A stretch of DNA of 64,000 nt. Source: Candidatus Hydrothermarchaeales archaeon. GTDB taxonomy: Archaea > Hydrothermarchaeota > Hydrothermarchaeia > Hydrothermarchaeales > JAZGAD01. Below, piece after piece: positions 11,504 to 21,275 of this stretch. The stretch spans positions 1-64,000 of the forward strand of contig JAZGAD010000012.1 of assembly GCA_036444275.1 (NCBI GenBank), read 5' to 3'. Position 1 is the stretch's first letter, and each line of letters opens with the position of its first letter. The position numbers were made by a program, and so were the translations under genes. Under the pieces are notes generated by a model. The model ran no database searches, was not told the DNA's origin, and saw only the letters and a program-made list of their open reading frames with translations.

Positions 11504-11622
11504 TTGCAATCCAAGAGCAAGGGACAAGGCCTATATCCAGTGCGTCGACCCAGGGAAGCCTTATAATGATGGAGGAACAGTGGTCTTTGAATTCGTACTA
11601 AAATAGGAGAAAACTTTGGAAT

Positions 11623-12375
11623 ATGAAAATGGATACAGACGAGATAATATACCTTAAAAAGCCCAAGCTTAGGGGTGCCACGGCTATTGCAGGCTCTCAG
11701 GGCTTGAGATCAGTTGGTTCAGTAGCGATAGATTATCTAATCGAAAGGTGGAAGCCAGAGCTCTTTGCAGAGCTGCACTCCTCCAGCTTTCCGGTGCTAT
11801 ATCACGGCGTACCATACGCAGGGGCTACAGGCGAGGCTGGAATCAAGGTGCAGAAAGGCATGGTGGATGCACCTAAAATAGAATTTTATCAGGGCAAGAA
11901 ACTCGTTATCACCAAGGGCTACCAGGCAGAGTTCAGCGGGCAGTATAAAGTCGCACGCACAGTTATAGATCTGTATAAAGAGCTGGATGTGAAGAGGATC
12001 ATCGTCTTAGGCGGCTATGTGCATAGAGCTCAAGATAAGCCGCTGTCAGAGAAACCTAGGGGGGTATCCTTTTGCGCGACCACTCCAAAGATCGTAAAGG
12101 AAATGGAAAAGCTTGGACTCGGGAGTGAGTACATAGGTCCCTTCCTCGGCTTTTCAGCCCTCGTCTTAGGTGTTGGCATGCGGGAAGGAATTGAAGGCAT
12201 AGCATTGTTCGGGGAGACTGTTCCTGATTTCGATAGGCCTACGAATCCTGACCCAGCTGCAGCGACGGCAGTGCTGGAGAAACTCAGCCTCGTATTGGGA
12301 ATAGAGATCGATACCTCTGGCTTGTTTGGGAAAGAGGAACGAGAAAAGGTAGAAAAGATATCAGGCTACATCTAG
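11623..12375 (+). CDS. PAC2-family proteasome assembly chaperone
   Basis: GLRSVGSVAIDYL, IIVLGGY, GIALFGET, PDPAAA, C-terminal GYI (HbYX-like). Confidence 0.8.
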   Translation: MKMDTDEIIYLKKPKLRGATAIAGSQGLRSVGSVAIDYLIERWKPELFAELHSSSFPVLYHGVPYAGATGEAGIKVQKGMVDAPKIEFYQGKKLVITKGYQAEFSGQYKVARTVIDLYKELDVKRIIVLGGYVHRAQDKPLSEKPRGVSFCATTPKIVKEMEKLGLGSEYIGPFLGFSALVLGVGMREGIEGIALFGETVPDFDRPTNPDPAAATAVLEKLSLVLGIEIDTSGLFGKEEREKVEKISGYI

Positions 12376-12514
12376 AAGCACGATACAGCTCTTTTCAACG
12401 TGAAGCGTGAGCGCAGAGAAGAAATTGTGATATCATACCGAAAATAATGCTGATATTATAGAAGTTGCTAAAAAAACTAGAAGAGCAAAATGGTCAGGTT
12501 CGGATCAAAAAGCA

Positions 12515-12718
12515 TTACTCTTTCTTGGCGTGTTTTCCGTTGTGGCCGTTTGCAGGTATTACGGTATGGTCGCTTATCCGCATTTTGCCACAGCGCTCGG
12601 TCTCTAATTTGCGGCAGTGGATATAGATGTTTCCATTGTCTTTGTCTGACCAGAAGTCCGCTGGGCAGTGCTCTATGCACTTGAGGTAGAGTTCCGGGGA
12701 TATCGTTAGACCGTCCAT
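12515..12718 (-). CDS. Small Cys/His-containing hypothetical protein
   Basis: 67-aa ORF with an AT-rich TATA-like element (12752-12759) upstream on the minus strand. Confidence 0.4.
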   Translation of the reverse strand: MDGLTISPELYLKCIEHCPADFWSDKDNGNIYIHCRKLETERCGKMRISDHTVIPANGHNGKHAKKE

Positions 12719-13074
12719 CTTCTCTAATTATGAACTTGTCCGGGAGAGGTATATATATTGGGTTAACATTTTTGATTGGAGGTGCTACATCCGTGGCTTT
12801 AGTGCTCTTATATACCTTACTCTAGGGTACTAGTCAATTTTGAGACATAGTAAAGATTTAATCCGGAATTCGTTGATTTCTTATATCCTATACTTTCTCA
12901 AGAATTCATGGATACGGGCAGGGTATTATTTTTTTCAAATAATCTTATATATGGTATATCACACCATACTAAGTGGGGTGTATGAAGGTCTTAATGACAG
13001 CTCTGGAAAGTATGTGCATAAAATCGTGGATAAAGAGAGAAACTTAGACGAGATAAAGGACCTCATAAAACATT

Positions 13075-13518
13075 ATGGACGAAGAGGTGTTTGGCGTGAT
13101 AATCGAGATTAAGAAATCCCTGAAGAAGGAAGAGGTAATAAGCCACTTGGAGAACAAGTATGGTTCCTTCGAGAAGCTGGGGGATATGGTGAAAAAAGGA
13201 TGTGAGTCCCCTGAGGCAGTTGACGACTACGAGGTATGGAAGGCTGTTAGGGAAGGAAAAGAATACGAGGAGAGCATAAGGGTTGAGGAGGCTGGAGTTT
13301 TAACGGTCTTGACTCCGAAGCGGATAGAGCTTTTGGAGTACCTAAAGAGAAAGCATCCTAGATCCATAAAGGAGTTGTCCAAACGATTGGGAAGGGACTA
13401 CAAGAATGTATATGGGGACCTCAAGTTGCTGAGCGATTACAATGTGGTTGAGCGGTTGGAGAAAAAGAGGAATATTGTGCCAACGTGCCACGTTAAAGAG
13501 ATCATAGTCAGTTTTTAG
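13075..13518 (+). CDS. Winged-HTH regulator/antitoxin (COG4190-like)
   Basis: LTPKRIELLEYL...SIKELSKRLGRDYKNVYGDLKLL. Confidence 0.8.
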   Translation: MDEEVFGVIIEIKKSLKKEEVISHLENKYGSFEKLGDMVKKGCESPEAVDDYEVWKAVREGKEYEESIRVEEAGVLTVLTPKRIELLEYLKRKHPRSIKELSKRLGRDYKNVYGDLKLLSDYNVVERLEKKRNIVPTCHVKEIIVSF

Positions 13519-13558
13519 GCATAGTGTCTTTCGTTATCAAGCGAGACCACATCTGAAT

Positions 13559-14005
13559 TCACTCAAACATCTTGGCTTCTATGATCGGTACATCTCCCTT
13601 TATCTTCAAGAGGTGGGCGTCAGTAGTATAAAATGCGTCAACCCTTTTAATGCAAGTGATTAGGTATATTGCATCCTGGTAAGAGAGCTGGGACTTTTTA
13701 GTGTAATACCTCCGCCTGAGCTTTCCGGCCTCCCATGCGATGCTGTTCTCCACGCTCACGATTTTCAAACCACTCATGGTCTCAATGACGTGCCTCGCTG
13801 CCTCGAGCTCGACTCCGTCCTTTCCCTCCCTCAGAAATGCCCATGCCACCTCAGCCAGTGCTATGGAGCTCGTAATCCCTGCATTCCTTGAGCCTATGGA
13901 TCTCAGAATTCTCTCGGACCCGCTTACGTTCTCCGCATCGGTTTTAGTGGATTCCGGAAGGAGGACGCACAAAAAGACGTTTGCGTCTATGCCTATCCTT
14001 CCCAC
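13559..14005 (-). CDS. vapC: PIN-domain VapC toxin
   Basis: IDANVF, ALAEV, LSYQDAIYL, FYTTD. Confidence 0.9.
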   Translation of the reverse strand: MGRIGIDANVFLCVLLPESTKTDAENVSGSERILRSIGSRNAGITSSIALAEVAWAFLREGKDGVELEAARHVIETMSGLKIVSVENSIAWEAGKLRRRYYTKKSQLSYQDAIYLITCIKRVDAFYTTDAHLLKIKGDVPIIEAKMFE

Positions 14006-14256
14006 ACTTCCATCTCCCTGTGCACTTCCCTCGCAGTACCACTGAGTTTCGCTTTTCTCCCGAGGTGCTTTAATGCCTTAACGGGGTCACTCGGCAGTCT
14101 GACTAGCACCCATCTATCATTGTCCTTTACGAAAACTATCCTGTCTCCTTCATTCGCCCCTAATTCCTCCCTTACCCTCTTGGGCAGGGTTATCTGAAAC
14201 TTTGAGGACAGCCTGCTAACTTCCATTTCTTTACCTCGAAAATTTATCTTTACCAA
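13993..14256 (-). CDS. AbrB/MazE/SpoVT-family antitoxin
   Basis: SSKFQITLPKRVREELG..EGD; overlaps vapC start. Confidence 0.9.
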   Translation of the reverse strand: MVKINFRGKEMEVSRLSSKFQITLPKRVREELGANEGDRIVFVKDNDRWVLVRLPSDPVKALKHLGRKAKLSGTAREVHREMEVWEG

Positions 14257-14310
14257 TATAAATATTCTTTACCCTCTAGTAGAATTCTTGTAATCGCTAA
14301 TGTCGCAGGG

Positions 14311-14370
14311 GAGTACATTGAGGAATATGTCTCTACGAAAGAACTCATGAGTGATCACGGCACACAATTT
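14311..14370 (+). pseudogene. Short DDE (rve/IS3-IS481-type) transposase remnant
   Basis: In-frame EYIEEYVSTKELMSDHGTQF; SDHGTQF resembles the second catalytic Asp motif of rve integrases; ends exactly at the 35-bp repeat. Confidence 0.45.
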
Positions 14371-14481
14371 AATCCGGAATTCGCTGGTTTTTTATACCCT
14401 ACCCTAAAAGTTCTTGTTATGGGGGAGCACGAGGGTTGGAGAAAGCCATGGTATGGGCGGACGTATAGCCCTAAGGATGGC

Positions 14482-15168
14482 ATGGATAGGACCCGGATAA
14501 AGGACATGCCGAGGGGCGAGAGGCCTAGGGAGAGGCTTGCCAGGCATGGCGGCGCTGCTTTGTCTACCTCGGAGTTGCTTGCTATACTTATCAGAGTTGG
14601 GAGGCGCGGCGAGACAGCACTTGACGTAGCGAATAGGCTGCAGCGTAAATATGCAAATCTCAAGGCATTACTTTCTGCAGATGTCAACGAGCTCTCCAGA
14701 ATACCAGGCATGGGCTTCGCCAAGGCGGTTCAACTGAAGGCGGTACTGGAGTTGGCAAAGCGCCTCGACTATCCCAACACCGATAGGTTCGAGATCTCCA
14801 CGCCTAAGGATGTGGCTGAATTCCTTATGCCCAAGATGAAGGATCTGGATAAGGAGCAGCTTACTCTTCTCTGCTTAGATACGAGGTGCGGCATCATAGA
14901 CAACGTAGAGGTTGTAGTTTCTGTGGGCTCCCTCAACCTCAGCATCATGGATCCTAGGGGAATCTTCAGGGTTGCACTGGCTAAGAATGCTGATTCCGTT
15001 ATAATAGCACATAATCATCCATCTGGCGATCCTGATCCGAGCGATGGCGACGTGGAGGTTACTAAAAAGGTGATAGAATCCGGGAAGATGCTCGGTGTCG
15101 AGGTAAGGGACCACGTCGTGATTGGTGATGGGAAGTTCTTCAGCATGAAGGAAAAGGGATTGATATAG
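14482..15168 (+). CDS. radC: RadC family JAB-domain protein
   Basis: ERPRERL..G..ALS..ELLAIL, AHNHPSGDPDPS..D, DHVVIG; likely start MDRTRIKDMP at 14482. Confidence 0.92.
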   Translation: MDRTRIKDMPRGERPRERLARHGGAALSTSELLAILIRVGRRGETALDVANRLQRKYANLKALLSADVNELSRIPGMGFAKAVQLKAVLELAKRLDYPNTDRFEISTPKDVAEFLMPKMKDLDKEQLTLLCLDTRCGIIDNVEVVVSVGSLNLSIMDPRGIFRVALAKNADSVIIAHNHPSGDPDPSDGDVEVTKKVIESGKMLGVEVRDHVVIGDGKFFSMKEKGLI

Positions 15169-15234
15169 GGTGCACTTATGTGGTCAATCTCTGAGAGCGC
15201 AAAGCTTATATCCTCTGATACAGATGCACAAAAT

Positions 15235-15792
15235 ATGATACAGTTGTATCAAAAAATTACACGCATGCGGGTCCTTCTGCTGTTTATGAAGAATCCCTAT
15301 GAGAGATACTATCTGCGGGAGACGGCAAGGCTACTGAAAATGAGTCCAATGACTGTTAAGCGATCTTTAGATTTATTGACAAAGGAAAAGTTGCTGGTTA
15401 AGGAGAAGATAAAAAACCAGATTTTGTATTCAGCGAATATAGAAAGCCCAGGGTTTAGGCATCTCAAAATTGCATATAACCTTGCATGGTTTGAGAAAAA
15501 GGAGACTGTAAAATTTATTAAAGAAATGCTCCCTACGATGAGCTCCCTCGTGCTTTACGGTAGCTTAGCAAAGGGAGAAGATGATGAAAAAAGCGATGTC
15601 GATTTTCTTGTGATATCTCAATCAAAAAGGGCGATAGATATGGAACTTTCACAGCACCTTGGGAGAGAAGTAGCGGTCTTGAACTTAACTCCGGCGCAGT
15701 GGAGCGAAGAAGCCAAGAAAAACAGGGGTTTGTATCTCGATGTCATAACAGAGGGAATAGTTCTATACGGGACGAGGCCGGTTGTAGAATGA
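15235..15792 (+). CDS. HTH + minimal nucleotidyltransferase (MNT antitoxin)
   Basis: N-terminal YLRETARLL HTH; LYGSLAKGED..SDVDFL; likely start 15235. Confidence 0.88.
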   Translation: MIQLYQKITRMRVLLLFMKNPYERYYLRETARLLKMSPMTVKRSLDLLTKEKLLVKEKIKNQILYSANIESPGFRHLKIAYNLAWFEKKETVKFIKEMLPTMSSLVLYGSLAKGEDDEKSDVDFLVISQSKRAIDMELSQHLGREVAVLNLTPAQWSEEAKKNRGLYLDVITEGIVLYGTRPVVE

Positions 15793-16217
15793 ACTTGGAT
15801 GGATGTTTCGAGAAAAGGCTTCTAAAGAGGAGAAGGCCGGACAGACTAAAAAGCCAAAAGGCACTAGAAATTGCGGGAGAGGATATCAAAGACGCAGAAA
15901 GACTGCTAGAGCACAGCTTTTACAAAGAAGTGGTGTTGAAGGCATACACGGCGATGTTCCAGTGCGCAAGGGCAGTCCTCTTCAGAGATGGGGTATTTGA
16001 AAAAAGCCACTACTGCGTTATCCAATATCTCTCTGAGAATTATGTCAAGAAAGGGAAGCTCGAACAGAGCTATGTCCACTGGCTGGATACTTATCGCGTT
16101 GCAAGGCACGAAGCACTCTATGGATTGGAAAAGGCAGACTATAGCGATACAGACGCGAGCGACGCCCTCATGAAAGCGAAGAAGTTCTTGAAGGCGTTTG
16201 CGAAGATAGCGGTATAG
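15789..16217 (+). CDS. HEPN-domain protein (MNT-HEPN TA toxin)
   Basis: AYTAMFQCARAVL, EKSHYC, RVARHEALY; ATGA overlap with MNT. Confidence 0.88.
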   Translation: MNLDGCFEKRLLKRRRPDRLKSQKALEIAGEDIKDAERLLEHSFYKEVVLKAYTAMFQCARAVLFRDGVFEKSHYCVIQYLSENYVKKGKLEQSYVHWLDTYRVARHEALYGLEKADYSDTDASDALMKAKKFLKAFAKIAV

Positions 16218-16424
16218 AAGTGAAGTATTCCCGGGATTCGCTGAATTCTTGTATCTTATCGGATTCCCTCCATCGGCGATAGACGTTCTTCAGCATGACG
16301 GAGAAGGGACTGATCTAGCCTACATGCAAGTTATTTGAAACCACAAATGTGTTCCTCCTGATAATAAAGTCGTTATTCAAAAACTTTTACGTTGGTAGGT
16401 TTATGTATGGGTATGGGAATAAAA

Positions 16425-16676
16425 ATGGGAAAAACTAGGATTGACGAGCGGGGTAGGGTGACCTTACCGGGCTACATTAGAGAAGAGATGGGGCTTTATC
16501 CTGGGAAAGAAGTGAACTTAGAAAAGGCCGGGAAAGGAGTTCTCATCAGACCTGTAGTTTCAAAGGAAGTCTTCGTCCAAAGCCTAGAAGGATGCATTAC
16601 CGAGAAGAACCAAGCTGAAAAGCTCGATCCCTTGGCGTTAACGAGGATATGGGGCGCTTTCCATGCTCATGATTGA
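16425..16676 (+). CDS. AbrB/MazE-family antitoxin
   Basis: IDERGRVTLPGYIREEMGL.PG. Confidence 0.88.
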   Translation: MGKTRIDERGRVTLPGYIREEMGLYPGKEVNLEKAGKGVLIRPVVSKEVFVQSLEGCITEKNQAEKLDPLALTRIWGAFHAHD

Positions 16677-17070
16677 TTCCAATATCTGGGCATATTTTTT
16701 CGACAGCAATACTCCAGAGCATAAAAAGGTTAAAAAGCCGGTGAGAGATGCCATCGGGAACAACGAGATCCTCATGAGCACAGTGATTCAAATGGAGCTC
16801 ATCCATTATCTCATAAAAAGACTTGGCCCGATTATGGGCGGGGAGAAACTGGACATCTTCTTAAATTATCCCTTCAAACTAGATGTACTGGATCAAGGCC
16901 TCGTGAACATATCCCTTGGGGTCTTCCAGCGGTATTATCACCTCGGAATCGGTGTGAGGGACGCGAGTATAATTGCGAGCATGAAGAGAAACGATGTTAC
17001 GAAGCTGATAACCCATGATAAGGCCCTTAAAAAAATCGAAGAGATAGAACTTATCGATCCCGTGTCATAG
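16663..17070 (+). CDS. vapC: PIN-domain VapC toxin
   Basis: IDSNIW, QMELIH, VRDASI, LITHD. Confidence 0.9.
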   Translation: MLMIDSNIWAYFFDSNTPEHKKVKKPVRDAIGNNEILMSTVIQMELIHYLIKRLGPIMGGEKLDIFLNYPFKLDVLDQGLVNISLGVFQRYYHLGIGVRDASIIASMKRNDVTKLITHDKALKKIEEIELIDPVS

Positions 17071-17273
17071 AAGCTGAGGATGTAAAGGTCCTGGAGAAGA
17101 TAATTGACATAGCTAAAAGGGAGCTGAGTCCATTGGAATATGCCCGTTTCTTGGTTTTGGTAACGCCCAAAAAAGGAGACACCGTAAAGGAACTGCGGAA
17201 GCTCAGTGATAGAGAAACCAATGATGAGATCGTAGAGATGTTGAGGAAGAGAGGAGTGACCATTACTCCTTAG
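17064..17273 (+). pseudogene. Start-less antitoxin-like remnant
   Basis: Open frame VIEAEDVKVLEKIIDIAKRELSPLEYARFLVLVTPKKGDTVKELRKL...* resembles small archaeal PIN-partner antitoxins; no nearby start codon seen. Confidence 0.45.
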
Positions 17274-20200
17274 TTTCTTTCTTACCTTTTCTCGCGGGGG
17301 CAAACGAAGCTTCGACGATTTTTATCTCATCTTCGGTGAGCCCGTAGAGCTTGTAAACAATTTGATCAATCAGCTCATCTGTACGCTTAATCTTCTCTAT
17401 GAGCGGGTTGAGCTTCGCAATGCTCATTTCAAACTCACCTTTCAACTTTTCTTGTAACTCCCTGGGGCTTGGGTCTACAGCAAGCTTATTTTTGTTCTTC
17501 TTCAGAACTTGGAGTAAATTTTCAAATGAGTTAGTATAATATTCCTTTATCGCAGTCTTGTTCGACAGATCTTCAACCTTCGTACTAATCTCCCTCTCCA
17601 ACCAACCAATGAAGCCTTTGATTTCACTGTTTTTTTGTTTAGTGTCCTCTATCATTTGCTCCGCAAGAAAAGCGAGGAAGTCATGGATGACGTCGGACTT
17701 TTCCTTCTCAGCAATGAAGTTGCCCTCTTTGTCTTTTGGGAGATATTCTTCGGTCTTGCTTAAAAGGGTCCCAAAATCGCCTTTAGAATATATAAACGTA
17801 AGTTCCTGGGCGAGTTTTGAGCGTTCTTCCTGTGGAGTTGCAAAGGAGATGCGGCGAATTGGAAGTTTTCTCAATTCTGTAATTGTGGTCTGCCTAAAAT
17901 CATCTTTTGTTGCTAATGTAGAGAAATTAATGTACATAAAAGAATGAAAGTTGCTATTAAGATTGGCAAGGAGATAGTAAGGTGAATATTCCTTGGTGGT
18001 AATTACAAAGGGGTTAACATCTTTTTTTGACACAAATGTATCAGTTACGAACGTTGCCATCAACCGATTGGCTCTACTCACTATTCTCCTAATAAGAATC
18101 CTTGGTTTAGTATAATACTCCCACAAATTTCTAGCTGAACTAAAATCGATGTATCTCTTTGATTCGGTTATAAATCGATATCTGTAAACTTGGCCTAATA
18201 CATAAGGTAGATAATCATCTGATTTCTTTTCATTATCATAGCTATAGAAAGATTCGACAATTCCTTGGGTCGATTTAGTGATCGAACCTAAACGGATAAT
18301 GAATTTCGATTGAGTCTTTTCCAAAAATTCATAATTAGTGACACTAGTGTATACTTTATAATCTGAGTTAGTCGAAACATAAGAGAAAGGAATTAAGTTA
18401 GCATCAAATAATTCATTCTTAATATCTTGAATTTTTGCTCTTTTATCATAGTGCTTTGCCAAGAAACGAAAGTCTTCTGGAGGCAGTGTATTAGATTTTA
18501 CAAATAGTGCTATACAATTATCAATATAAGCGTCTGGGAATACATCAAATGGTAAATTAATAATTTTGGAGAGAAAGGCTTTATTTGAGAATATTATTTT
18601 ACGGAACTTGCTATAATTTTCACCAGTTTGCCATGCGATAGGTACAATCATTCCAAGACTTCTTCCATTTCGAGTAATTTTAAGGCCTTCACTAATGAAA
18701 AGAATAGATGTATCGTACTTTCTATAGGCAACTTCCAAATTTTGAATGTAGAATTGACTATCTTCATCAGAGATATCCTCAGTCGGGATATACGGTGGAT
18801 TCCCAACCACCACATCAAATCCTGGATTTTCCTTGTCTTTTCCGGGTTCGAAGAATATATCCGGGAACTCTAGCTTCCAGTGAAAAAAGTTTTTCTTCTT
18901 AGCAATTTCTGTGGCACGTTTGAAATATTCTTTCTCCTTTACTTGCTTCCATGCTTCCTCGCCTTTCTGAAAAGCTCTTAAAGCTTCCTCATACTCGCTC
19001 TTTGAATATTTGTTGCCGAAATGGTAGGAAGTATGTATATTTGCAAGTTCAATGAAGCGCTTTCGTAAGGGTTGCCTCATCAATTCCTCGAAAACCTGCT
19101 CCTTGTATTTTATGTCCTCGATTTTCTCCTCAGCCCGTTCCATTATCCAAGTGTACATATTCAACAACTTGTCGATGCTCTCCCGAATAGAGGCCCGCAT
19201 GAAACTAGAGAGAGCTAACTGAGAACGCGTCTCCCCTGCCTTTAGCTCGCTGGGATGTTTGTCTAATTTGTGGATGTCCGCCCCTATCAGAGAGTTGCCT
19301 ACCTTGAGGTGGTGGTCCAAAAAGGAAAGAGGTCGAGAGGCCTCGAGGGTGCTTAGCCATAGAGACAGCTTCGCTAGTTCAGTAGCTAGGGGATTCAAAT
19401 CTACGCCGTAGATGCAATGCTTCACCACCTCGCGCTTGGCCCAGTCGATTTCCTTCTCATCGCTGAGTTGCTCTGGTTTGACGTAAGGCACTATTTTCTT
19501 GGCGAGGAACTCTGTGGCTTCAACGAGGAAGTGACCACTACCCATAGCGGGATCAAGAACTTTAATAGAGAGGATACGCTCGATCTTCTCATCATCAGTC
19601 TTCGTTCCTTTGAGCTTTTCCTTGACAACTGGATCCAACGTGTTCTCTACAATGTAGTTGACGATGTAGTCAGGAGTGTAATAGCTCCCCGTTGCTTTGC
19701 GCTCACCCTTATCAGTTACGATATAGAGTTCACCGGCCTTGGATGTATCAATAATATTTTTTCCCTCTGCCTCCTCCTCAGGAATCCAGACTTCCTTACC
19801 CTTATGCTTGACTGTCACAAGGTTCTTATCGGCAACGTGGAGCTTGTATTCAAGCAAGCCCTCGTAGATAGAGCCCAAATGGCGGATTTCGAGTGTTGAG
19901 TAGTCTATGAAGGCAATAACGTCCTCATCGGGTGGAATTGTGAGCAGTTCTAGTACGTCTGCAACATACGTGTCCCCGACTTTCTTCTCAACGAGGAAGG
20001 TGTGCTCCTTTGCGTGGAAGAGACCGCCGTTATAAGGCGGGACAAACAAATCCTCTTTGGGTATTCCCCTGGCCTCGCTTCCCTCGTCGATGAGCTGGAA
20101 GATGGTACTCAGTCTGTCCCAAAACTCGGAGGAGTGCTCTGAGAGCGTACCTTCTTGCTTCCGTGCGAGGGCCTGAGCCTTTATCCTGTTAATATCATAG

Positions 20201-21123
20201 TACTCATAACCAATCTTATGCAGGCCGCTCAGCGTACCTCTGCTGTCAGCATAGAGGATGAAAAGCAGTCGATATAGGAATATAAGGAGGTTATCATGAA
20301 TTTTCTCGATGGTATCCAAGTTCGGAGTTAAATTGTTGTTAGGCCCGTTTAAGAACCCTTGGGCAAGGATCTTCAAAGCCTTGTAGACGTTTTTCTCTAG
20401 GTCCTCGCCTACCTTCTTCGCATAGCTCACGCCCTCGGCGTAGACCGTCTCCAGAAAATTCATCCCGCTCCCGTCTCTGAGGAAGGCCTCCTTGCGGAAG
20501 AATAAGTAGAAATACTTGAAATTTTGTTTAGACCCCTTTTCGAGGATATCAGCTAAGTCGACTTCATAGTAGCTATCGAGACGGTAGCTGGTCTTTTGAT
20601 TATAAAGCCTCCAAAACTTGCCATCGGTTAAAATCGCCCATTTAGTATCAGTATCGCGAAGATAAGTATCGATCTGATAGCTCGGGTTATCATAGACGTA
20701 CTTTGCTTTACCACTTGACTTCTTATCAAGTGGAGTGCCACATTTCTTCGCGTCTGCGACCGCTATTGCGCTGTGGTAGAATTCTTTCTTCCCTTTACTT
20801 TTCAGGGCCTCTCTCCGCGACTCATCATCCTTGAAAAAAGCATAGTCAGGGGTCAGGCCACCCTTATAGCTAGTCTGCTGTACCTCGTAAATATGGCCTA
20901 ATTTACGCAGAACTGGTCTGATAAAGTTCTCCTCTAATTGTGCTTCCTCATAGCGATGAAAAAGGGATTTCTCTCTATCGTAAAGCTCTTTAATTTCCCT
21001 GAAGACGCGCTCAAGCTCTTCCTGTCCTTCGCTCCAAATTCGCAGGGTCCTCAGTTTATCATCTAGGTAATGGCGTGAAAACAGGTTCTTCGTCTCAACT
21101 GGTGCCAACTTTAGCTGAACCAT
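17263..21123 (-). CDS. Type IIG (Eco57I-like) fused restriction endonuclease / N6-adenine methyltransferase with TaqI_C-like TRD
   Basis: N-terminal PDYAF..DAKK nuclease, RKATGSYYTP, VLDPAMGSGHFL, GVDLNP, VVGNPPY; likely start MVQLKL at 21123 after a TATA box. Confidence 0.93.
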   Translation of the reverse strand: MVQLKLAPVETKNLFSRHYLDDKLRTLRIWSEGQEELERVFREIKELYDREKSLFHRYEEAQLEENFIRPVLRKLGHIYEVQQTSYKGGLTPDYAFFKDDESRREALKSKGKKEFYHSAIAVADAKKCGTPLDKKSSGKAKYVYDNPSYQIDTYLRDTDTKWAILTDGKFWRLYNQKTSYRLDSYYEVDLADILEKGSKQNFKYFYLFFRKEAFLRDGSGMNFLETVYAEGVSYAKKVGEDLEKNVYKALKILAQGFLNGPNNNLTPNLDTIEKIHDNLLIFLYRLLFILYADSRGTLSGLHKIGYEYYDINRIKAQALARKQEGTLSEHSSEFWDRLSTIFQLIDEGSEARGIPKEDLFVPPYNGGLFHAKEHTFLVEKKVGDTYVADVLELLTIPPDEDVIAFIDYSTLEIRHLGSIYEGLLEYKLHVADKNLVTVKHKGKEVWIPEEEAEGKNIIDTSKAGELYIVTDKGERKATGSYYTPDYIVNYIVENTLDPVVKEKLKGTKTDDEKIERILSIKVLDPAMGSGHFLVEATEFLAKKIVPYVKPEQLSDEKEIDWAKREVVKHCIYGVDLNPLATELAKLSLWLSTLEASRPLSFLDHHLKVGNSLIGADIHKLDKHPSELKAGETRSQLALSSFMRASIRESIDKLLNMYTWIMERAEEKIEDIKYKEQVFEELMRQPLRKRFIELANIHTSYHFGNKYSKSEYEEALRAFQKGEEAWKQVKEKEYFKRATEIAKKKNFFHWKLEFPDIFFEPGKDKENPGFDVVVGNPPYIPTEDISDEDSQFYIQNLEVAYRKYDTSILFISEGLKITRNGRSLGMIVPIAWQTGENYSKFRKIIFSNKAFLSKIINLPFDVFPDAYIDNCIALFVKSNTLPPEDFRFLAKHYDKRAKIQDIKNELFDANLIPFSYVSTNSDYKVYTSVTNYEFLEKTQSKFIIRLGSITKSTQGIVESFYSYDNEKKSDDYLPYVLGQVYRYRFITESKRYIDFSSARNLWEYYTKPRILIRRIVSRANRLMATFVTDTFVSKKDVNPFVITTKEYSPYYLLANLNSNFHSFMYINFSTLATKDDFRQTTITELRKLPIRRISFATPQEERSKLAQELTFIYSKGDFGTLLSKTEEYLPKDKEGNFIAEKEKSDVIHDFLAFLAEQMIEDTKQKNSEIKGFIGWLEREISTKVEDLSNKTAIKEYYTNSFENLLQVLKKNKNKLAVDPSPRELQEKLKGEFEMSIAKLNPLIEKIKRTDELIDQIVYKLYGLTEDEIKIVEASFAPARKGKKETKE

Positions 21124-21206
21124 TCTATCAATTATTGCATAAGGGTTAGAATATAAAATCCTTTTCTCCCGAAAACCCCTATAGTACATGGTCGTAAACA
21201 AAAAAA

Positions 21207-21275
21207 GAAGGATTTGTTATAACCACATACATCACGGATAGAGTAAAAGAAGGTGAAGTCCTATGGAAAAAATAA
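21207..21275 (+). pseudogene. C-terminal remnant of a RelE/DUF4258-like toxin
   Basis: EGFVITTYITDRVKEGEVLWKK* overlapping the start of the DUF2283 gene; 5' part absent. Confidence 0.6.

Larger units (their letters stand above)
10723..11606 (+). repeat. 11-bp direct repeat TACTAAAATAG (10723-10733 and 11596-11606) bracketing a two-gene module
   Basis: First copy spans the TAC-TAA end of the oxidoreductase; second copy lies just before the PAC2 gene. Confidence 0.55.
12856..14401 (+). repeat. 35-bp imperfect direct repeat (12856-12890 and 14367-14401); degenerate third copy at 16231-16258
   Basis: ATTTAATCCGGAATTCGTTGATTTCTTATATCCTA vs ATTTAATCCGGAATTCGCTGGTTTTTTATACCCTA (31/35); third copy CCGGGATTCGCTGAATTCTTGTATCTTA (23/28 vs first copy). 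Confidence 0.8.
15121..16318 (+). repeat. Diverged duplicate of the radC 3' end (15121-15168 vs 16272-16318) bracketing the MNT-HEPN pair
   Basis: IGDGKFFSMKEKGLI* vs IGDR-FFSMTEKGLI*; most differences are synonymous, plus a 1-nt deletion. Confidence 0.8.

Noticed and set aside
12840-13112. 90-aa ORF upstream of the HTH gene as its toxin partner
   Set aside because: It runs through the repeat and promoter-like sequence with no toxin motif; at most a decayed remnant.
14347-14481. N-terminal extension of RadC in the ORF track
   Set aside because: It is made of a transposase-like fragment and the 35-bp repeat; RadC homology starts at about 14482.
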